Shown here: one piece after another, positions 58,667 to 64,000 of the stretch
Layout of the letters: each line of letters begins with the position of its first letter
Position numbering within the stretch: position 1 is the first letter of the stretch
Source: a virus
Taxonomy: Duplodnaviria > Caudoviricetes
DNA: 64,000 bases
Direction: 5' to 3' (one strand)
IMG/VR virus record: IMGVR_UViG_3300044949_001557
Location: 107-64,106 of that record
The notes under the pieces: model-generated
Databases searched by the model: none
The model's input: only the letters and a program-made list of their open reading frames with translations
What the model was told of the DNA's origin: nothing
Position numbers and translations under genes: made by a program

Positions 58667-59908
58667 ATGTCAAAAATTGGTTTCATTGGGATCGGTAAAC
58701 TTGGCCTGGACTGCGCCGAAGTAATGGCCGAGAAACACGAAGTTCGCGGATACGACATCTACCCGCGCACCAGCGACACAGTCAAAGTTTGTGCCATTGA
58801 TGAATTGGTCAATGAAAGCGAATGGATTTTTATTGCAGTGCCAACACCGCATGCTGAGGGCTATGATGGTAGTGTGCCCAGTAGTCACATGGAGCCCAGA
58901 GACTTTGGACACGATGCTGTGATTGATGCTATCAAAAATGTCAATCAGTATGCAAAGAGTCCCAAAAAGGTTGTGCTGATCAGCACAGTGTTGCCAGGCA
59001 CAACCCGCAAGCATTTTGTGCCACTGCTGGACAGAAAACATCAGTTCTTGTATAACCCTTATCTCATCGCCATGGGCTCTGTGAAGTGGGATATGGTCAA
59101 CCCTGAAATGATCATGATCGGAACCGAAGACGGCAACCCCAATGCCTTGGCCGGAGAACTGCGTGAACTGTATGACACAGTGATGCAAAACAATCCACGC
59201 TATGAGATTGGCACCTGGGACGAGTGCGAAGCTATCAAAATTTTCTACAACACATTTATTTCGGCCAAAGTAGGCTTGGTAAACATGATTCAAGACTTTG
59301 CCATGCGTATTGGCAACATCAATGTGGATGTTGTTACCAATGCTCTAGCACGAAGCACCATGCGTATCATGGGCCCCAAGTATATGACCGCAGGCATGGG
59401 CGATGCAGGTGCTTGCCACCCACGCGACAATATTGCTCTGCGTTGGTTGGCCAAAGAATACAACATTGGCTATGACTTGTTTGACACTGTAATGCATGCT
59501 AGAGAAATTCAAGCCAAGAATCTTGCGCTGTTTTTGGTAGACTTGAGTGTGATGAACGACAACATGCCTATTGCGATCCACGGCAAGGCATACAAGCCTG
59601 ATGTTGAATACTGTATCGGTAGCTATTCTACCCTGGTTGGACACTATGTTGAACAGGAAGGCAAGAGTGTGGTTTATATTGATCCGCTGGCCGACGACAA
59701 AGACAAAGTAGTCGACAGTATCAGCAAGCCCAGTGTTATTTTGTGGGCACACGATCGTCAGATCACTTATGAATACACAGGTGAACAGGACAAGACACAG
59801 CCCTACTGTGCTATTCCCGATGGTTCGATGATTGTTGATCCATGGCGCAAGCTCAAATCTACTGATCGAGTTGAGGTTGTCCACTATGGCAACACAAGAA
59901 ATTCTTAA
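58667..59908 (+). CDS. UDP-glucose/GDP-mannose dehydrogenase family protein
   Basis: GIGKLG, IAVPTP, STVLPG, KIFYN and GACHPRD motifs. Confidence 0.88.
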   Translation: MSKIGFIGIGKLGLDCAEVMAEKHEVRGYDIYPRTSDTVKVCAIDELVNESEWIFIAVPTPHAEGYDGSVPSSHMEPRDFGHDAVIDAIKNVNQYAKSPKKVVLISTVLPGTTRKHFVPLLDRKHQFLYNPYLIAMGSVKWDMVNPEMIMIGTEDGNPNALAGELRELYDTVMQNNPRYEIGTWDECEAIKIFYNTFISAKVGLVNMIQDFAMRIGNINVDVVTNALARSTMRIMGPKYMTAGMGDAGACHPRDNIALRWLAKEYNIGYDLFDTVMHAREIQAKNLALFLVDLSVMNDNMPIAIHGKAYKPDVEYCIGSYSTLVGHYVEQEGKSVVYIDPLADDKDKVVDSISKPSVILWAHDRQITYEYTGEQDKTQPYCAIPDGSMIVDPWRKLKSTDRVEVVHYGNTRNS

Positions 59909-60404
59909 ATATCATATTCCAAAGTTCTGGAACGATGAGTTTAAGAAACTTGACTACATCAACGAACAGTTCAATGATGCAAACAGCCTGGAGCGTTGGA
60001 CTGCTCTAGGCTATGCCAACAAGTTCACTGGGGACATGTGTGACATGCGCAGCGCACAACCCTCGTGGAACTATCGTTTTGTTGACATATACAGTGCCCT
60101 AGGATGGAAAGATATTGGCACCAGTTACTATCGCATGAACACCGGCACTGTGTTGCCCACACATGGTGATCTTTATCTACGCTACATCGAACTTTTTAAT
60201 CTTCAAGGACAAGAGCATCGTATACGTAGAGCCATTGTGTTCCTGGAAGATTGGAAACCTGGACATTATTTTGAAGGGTGTGATAAGCCTTGGGTAAAGT
60301 GGCACGCCGGCGATGTTGCTGAATGGTGTTATGATGCGCCGCACCTGGCGGCCAATCTTGGACTAGAACCAAGATATACCTTACAAATTACAGGATGGAT
60401 ATGA
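59886..60404 (+). CDS. Fe(II)/2OG oxygenase-like cupin
   Basis: PTHGD (HxD), distal H in HLAAN, RYTLQIT. Confidence 0.65.
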   Translation: MATQEILKYHIPKFWNDEFKKLDYINEQFNDANSLERWTALGYANKFTGDMCDMRSAQPSWNYRFVDIYSALGWKDIGTSYYRMNTGTVLPTHGDLYLRYIELFNLQGQEHRIRRAIVFLEDWKPGHYFEGCDKPWVKWHAGDVAEWCYDAPHLAANLGLEPRYTLQITGWI

Positions 60405-61321
60405 TATCTAGCTACGACGAATGGTCACCGCTTAAACAAGTCGTTGTGGGTGATGCATCTGATGCAAACTGGCCCGTGAATGACCCAGTATTCAAACAAG
60501 AAAGTTCTAAGACCACCTGGAAAGAAACACCAGTCCCTCGTGGTCCAGTGCCACAGCGTATCATCGAGGAAACCAATCAAGACTTGGATACCTTGGCAAG
60601 CACACTACGCAGTCTGGGAGTGGAAGTGCTGCGCCCAGATCCACTCAATTTTCAAGCACACGATGGAATGTATAACTACTGCCCACGAGATCGTTTGTTG
60701 GTGCACGGAAACACCATTGTGAATCCGGCCATGATGTATCCTTGTCGAGACATGGAGCTACAGTGCTATCACGACATTGTGGATGCAGCAGAACACTATT
60801 ATTTTATGCCCAGAAACGAAGGCATGATCTTAGACGCTGCCAATGTGTGCAGACTAGGCAAAGATAAAATGTTGTTTTTGGAATCGCCCAGCGGAAACAA
60901 AAAGGCATATGATTGGTTTTGCGATATATTTCCGGAGGTCACAGTAGAATTGTGCAACTTCTATGCTGGCGTTCATATCGATTCAACAGTTGTTCCACTG
61001 AGAGAAGGCTTGGTATTATTAAATGGGTCAAGAGTCAATGAAGAAAACTGCCCCAAGATGTTTGCTGATTGGCAAAAGATTTTTGTAGATGATGTTGAAC
61101 CCCAGGATTTTTACCAGTATCCGTATGCAAGCAAGTGGATTGCCCTCAACATGCTGGTTGTTGATCCTCGCACTGTGATCTGCGATAAGTATCAAACTGA
61201 TCTTATAAAAATATTGGAGCAGTGGAATTTTACTGTGATTCCGTTAGAACTCAGACATTCAAGAACTCTGGGCGGTGGCTTTCACTGTGTGACACTGGAT
61301 ACATGGAGACAACATGCTTGA
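60401..61321 (+). CDS. Amidinotransferase (glycine/inosamine-phosphate type)
   Basis: EWSPL, CPRD, DAAN, HIDST and GGGFHCVT motifs. Confidence 0.88.
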   Translation: MISSYDEWSPLKQVVVGDASDANWPVNDPVFKQESSKTTWKETPVPRGPVPQRIIEETNQDLDTLASTLRSLGVEVLRPDPLNFQAHDGMYNYCPRDRLLVHGNTIVNPAMMYPCRDMELQCYHDIVDAAEHYYFMPRNEGMILDAANVCRLGKDKMLFLESPSGNKKAYDWFCDIFPEVTVELCNFYAGVHIDSTVVPLREGLVLLNGSRVNEENCPKMFADWQKIFVDDVEPQDFYQYPYASKWIALNMLVVDPRTVICDKYQTDLIKILEQWNFTVIPLELRHSRTLGGGFHCVTLDTWRQHA

Positions 61322-62576
61322 TCCCAAGGCATTACAACAACTAGTCGAGACGCAGGCCAAACAAGATGTGGCTGAACAGGTGCGTAAAGTTATGACCGAA
61401 TCCTGGTTCAAACAGGTTGAGTCAGACGCAATAAAATTTATTCAAGACCGTATTGTGGCCAAATTTGCCAACAGCGAGGCCATGCCTGAACTGATCGACG
61501 CAGTGAAAACGTCTGTTGCGGATCTTTTTCAAAATGGACACATTCCGGGACTGGCCCAATATGTTGATTATGATTACATCAAACAAGCAGTAAATGACAG
61601 CACACAACTGGTTATTCAAGCAGCCATCAACGAGTTGTCAGTGGATCCTGTTTGGCTGGAAAAAATTGAACAACTGATCAATCAACAAACAACGCAACGA
61701 GTTCTAGCCAGTTTGTCCACAGTGGACATTCGTCCAATTATCAAGTCCAGTGTGGACAAAGCCATTGAATCAACCAAGGCCAAGTTTTTTCAAGGCATAC
61801 AAAATCAAGCTGAATCAGTAGAGCTCACTGTGATGGATAAAAACGTAGTGGTTGAGAATACCCTCACAGCAAAAGATATATCAGCAGTAGAGTCATTGAC
61901 TGTGAAAAATCTTGTGGTCAACGGAACCATCAACACAGACAGTGCATCCTGGACCGAGTTGTCTGATGCCATTGGTCAACAGACCATGAACAAGATCACC
62001 GATGCATGGCGTGAATCGCTGATACAGTCTGTGAAACAAAGTATCACTGAATCAGGCATTGATTTTGACACAGTCACTGTGGGCGGACAACGGTTGGTCG
62101 CTGGAAATACTTTGTCGTCGGCAGTTACTCAAAGCAGGTTGACATCTGTGGGAACTCTAGAAAAACTGATTGTGGGCGGCAATACCAAACTCAATGACAC
62201 TGTGACTGTGAACAAAAAGCGTGTGGGCATCAACACAGAAGAACCCGACATGGCACTGAGTTTGTGGGACGAAGAAGTTGCTGTTTCTGTGGGCAAGTTC
62301 AAAGCTCAAACAGCCTACATTGGAACAGTAAGAAAGCAAGGCATCAGCATAGGAGTCAATAAAACACCTGCCATAGAAATTGACGACGATGGATTGACCT
62401 CAGTGAAAAAAATTCAGGTGGGATTGCACAAGATCAGTCATGCCACCGAAGTTCCTAACTATGCAGGCACCCGGGGAGACATTGTGTTCAATGCCAGCCC
62501 CAGTTTGAACGATTCAGTGTTTGCCTGGCAATGTTTGGGAGGGTTCAAATGGAAAGTGATTAGAGCAGTGCAATGA
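61314..62576 (+). CDS. Probable virion/tail-fibre-like protein
   Basis: SRLTSVGTL, RVGINT and GDIVFN...WQC patterns. Confidence 0.55.
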   Translation: MLDPKALQQLVETQAKQDVAEQVRKVMTESWFKQVESDAIKFIQDRIVAKFANSEAMPELIDAVKTSVADLFQNGHIPGLAQYVDYDYIKQAVNDSTQLVIQAAINELSVDPVWLEKIEQLINQQTTQRVLASLSTVDIRPIIKSSVDKAIESTKAKFFQGIQNQAESVELTVMDKNVVVENTLTAKDISAVESLTVKNLVVNGTINTDSASWTELSDAIGQQTMNKITDAWRESLIQSVKQSITESGIDFDTVTVGGQRLVAGNTLSSAVTQSRLTSVGTLEKLIVGGNTKLNDTVTVNKKRVGINTEEPDMALSLWDEEVAVSVGKFKAQTAYIGTVRKQGISIGVNKTPAIEIDDDGLTSVKKIQVGLHKISHATEVPNYAGTRGDIVFNASPSLNDSVFAWQCLGGFKWKVIRAVQ

Positions 62577-63130
62577 AGATATCCTGGGTAATATCAGACA
62601 CTGCTGTGGTTGATCCAACTGTGGATTTGGACTCACTGAAAAATATCGGACCTTTTTGGGCCGGTTGGAGAACTTGGAGAAGCTTTCAAACTGACAACGT
62701 GATTTGTCATAATGAATCTGATGTTAGAACGTTGATATCCAAAAACTTTCATCGACGATGCAATCTCTACATACCAAACTCGGTGTATCAATCAGTGGAT
62801 CGACCCGAAGGTGTCAAACTTTACCAAGGTGAATTTCACGAAATGGTCGAACATCCCGACGAAATTGTCAGCATGCATTTGGCTTCTTCTGCCAGCGACA
62901 TTGTGTTGTTGTTGGGCTTTGACTTTGGCGCAAAAAATTTGGAACACGATCGGTTGGCCAAACACAAATGGCACAACTACAAACAGTATGCCCTGCATAT
63001 ATTTGCAGCAAACAGTTCGGTTCAATGGGTGTTGTTGGATCATCCGGGCAAAATAGACAAAGAGTTAGAAAAGGTTTCGAACATCCAATTTGATACCTTG
63101 GACAATGTGCTGTCTCAGTTTGCCAATTGA
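62573..63130 (+). CDS. Hypothetical protein (Maf/DUF115-like?)
   Basis: VLLLGFDF motif. Confidence 0.45.
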   Translation: MKISWVISDTAVVDPTVDLDSLKNIGPFWAGWRTWRSFQTDNVICHNESDVRTLISKNFHRRCNLYIPNSVYQSVDRPEGVKLYQGEFHEMVEHPDEIVSMHLASSASDIVLLLGFDFGAKNLEHDRLAKHKWHNYKQYALHIFAANSSVQWVLLDHPGKIDKELEKVSNIQFDTLDNVLSQFAN

Positions 63131-63148
63131 GTGTGGGTTAACAACGGA

Positions 63149-63177
63149 TTGACAATATTAAATTAATATTGTATAAT
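63149..63177 (+). promoter_or_regulatory. Consensus sigma70 promoter with a palindromic spacer
   Basis: TTGACA-17-TATAAT; ACAATATTAA-A-TTAATATTGT; ATG 7 nt downstream. Confidence 0.85.
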
Positions 63178-63183
63178 TCATGT

Positions 63184-64000
63184 ATGACTACACCTCGTTT
63201 TGGCTTTTGTTGCAAATGGCTCAATGATCCCAGTGAAACTGGCGGCATGAAGGTCAATGCCAAGGACCGTGATATCAACGGCCGATCAACCACCATGCGC
63301 TGGCTGCGTGAGCACAAAGACGAAGCTGAACAACGGCAGTGGGATATCATGAACCATAATGCTCGTGCTGCACTGTTGATGGTAGAGCGTGTGGGCGCCA
63401 TGGCTCCTGAAAGGCGTATGGTTCGACTGGGTAGTGAAATGCTGCAAGGCTATACCGAACCATCGTGGATTGACTGGTGGCAACGGCGCGAAATCCAAGA
63501 TCACTGTGCAAAGATCTTTGCCCCTGTGGGCGAAGCTGCTCGACGACTGGGTGTGCGACTCAGCTTTCACCCTGGACAATTCTGTGTGTTGGCCAGCGAA
63601 AATGATGGTATTGTGGAGCGCAGTATCCTAGAGTTTGAATATCATGCAGACATGGCTCGTTGGATGGGCTATGGTAGCACATGGCATGATCATGGTTTCA
63701 TGATCAACATTCACTTGTCGGGTCGCGGCGGACCGGAAAAGTTTCTGCGCACACTCAAGAGATTGAGTCCCGAGGCTCGCAACCTCATAACTATTGAAAA
63801 CGATGAGATATCAAATGGTCTGGATACTACTTTGGCTGTGGCTGAGCATTGCGCTCTTGTGCTGGATATTCATCACCACTGGATCAACACTGGCGAATAC
63901 ATCGATCCCAAGGAAGATCGCGTTCAGCGGGTTCGTGAGTCTTGGCGTGGTGTGCGTCCTGGCATGCACTTTTCTACTAGCCGCGAAGATCTTTTGGTTG
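63184..64000 (+). CDS. uvsE: UV-damage endonuclease, truncated at the window end (absent from the ORF track)
   Basis: RFGFCCK, RLGS, RLSFHPGQF, INIH, IENDE and LDIHHHW motifs. Confidence 0.88.
   Translation, partial: MTTPRFGFCCKWLNDPSETGGMKVNAKDRDINGRSTTMRWLREHKDEAEQRQWDIMNHNARAALLMVERVGAMAPERRMVRLGSEMLQGYTEPSWIDWWQRREIQDHCAKIFAPVGEAARRLGVRLSFHPGQFCVLASENDGIVERSILEFEYHADMARWMGYGSTWHDHGFMINIHLSGRGGPEKFLRTLKRLSPEARNLITIENDEISNGLDTTLAVAEHCALVLDIHHHWINTGEYIDPKEDRVQRVRESWRGVRPGMHFSTSREDLLV

Noticed and set aside
1-64000. Stop-codon reassignment; tRNA genes
   Set aside because: Recognisable genes are full length in the standard code, and no cloverleaf with a T-loop consensus was noticed by eye

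Overview
The window is a gene-dense, mostly + strand segment of a large T4-like (myovirus-type) dsDNA phage. The iscU/iscA, aceA and glycine-zipper genes suggest an aquatic proteobacterial host (inference). Layout: (1) 1-10.7 kb, a glycan cluster with six KpsS/KpsC-like paralogues, other glycosyltransferases, FkbM methyltransferases and a cytidylyltransferase-cupin. (2) 11-25 kb, replication genes: AAA ATPase, UvsW, an HNH/NUMOD3 endonuclease, a 192-aa miniature DnaE, primase, gp41-like helicase and a radical SAM protein. (3) 25-31 kb, probable head/internal proteins, including a nucleotidyltransferase-ligase fusion. (4) 31-45 kb, iscU, an endonuclease, iscA, dCMP deaminase, an exonuclease, a tail protein, nrdA-aceA-nrdB-grx and PAAR. 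(5) 45-50 kb, an array of small early genes behind near-identical sigma70 promoters, with an 18-bp palindrome whose core occurs in both orientations. (6) 50-64 kb, DNA ligase, a candidate structured ncRNA, rpsU, hsp20 with a ROSE-like leader, clpS, a phosphoesterase, a sugar dehydrogenase-oxygenase-amidinotransferase block and a truncated uvsE. Many genes look leaderless (TAAATA or a -10 box 5-9 nt before ATG). No tRNA, rRNA or CRISPR array was recognised. All product calls come from motif recognition by eye, with no database searches.
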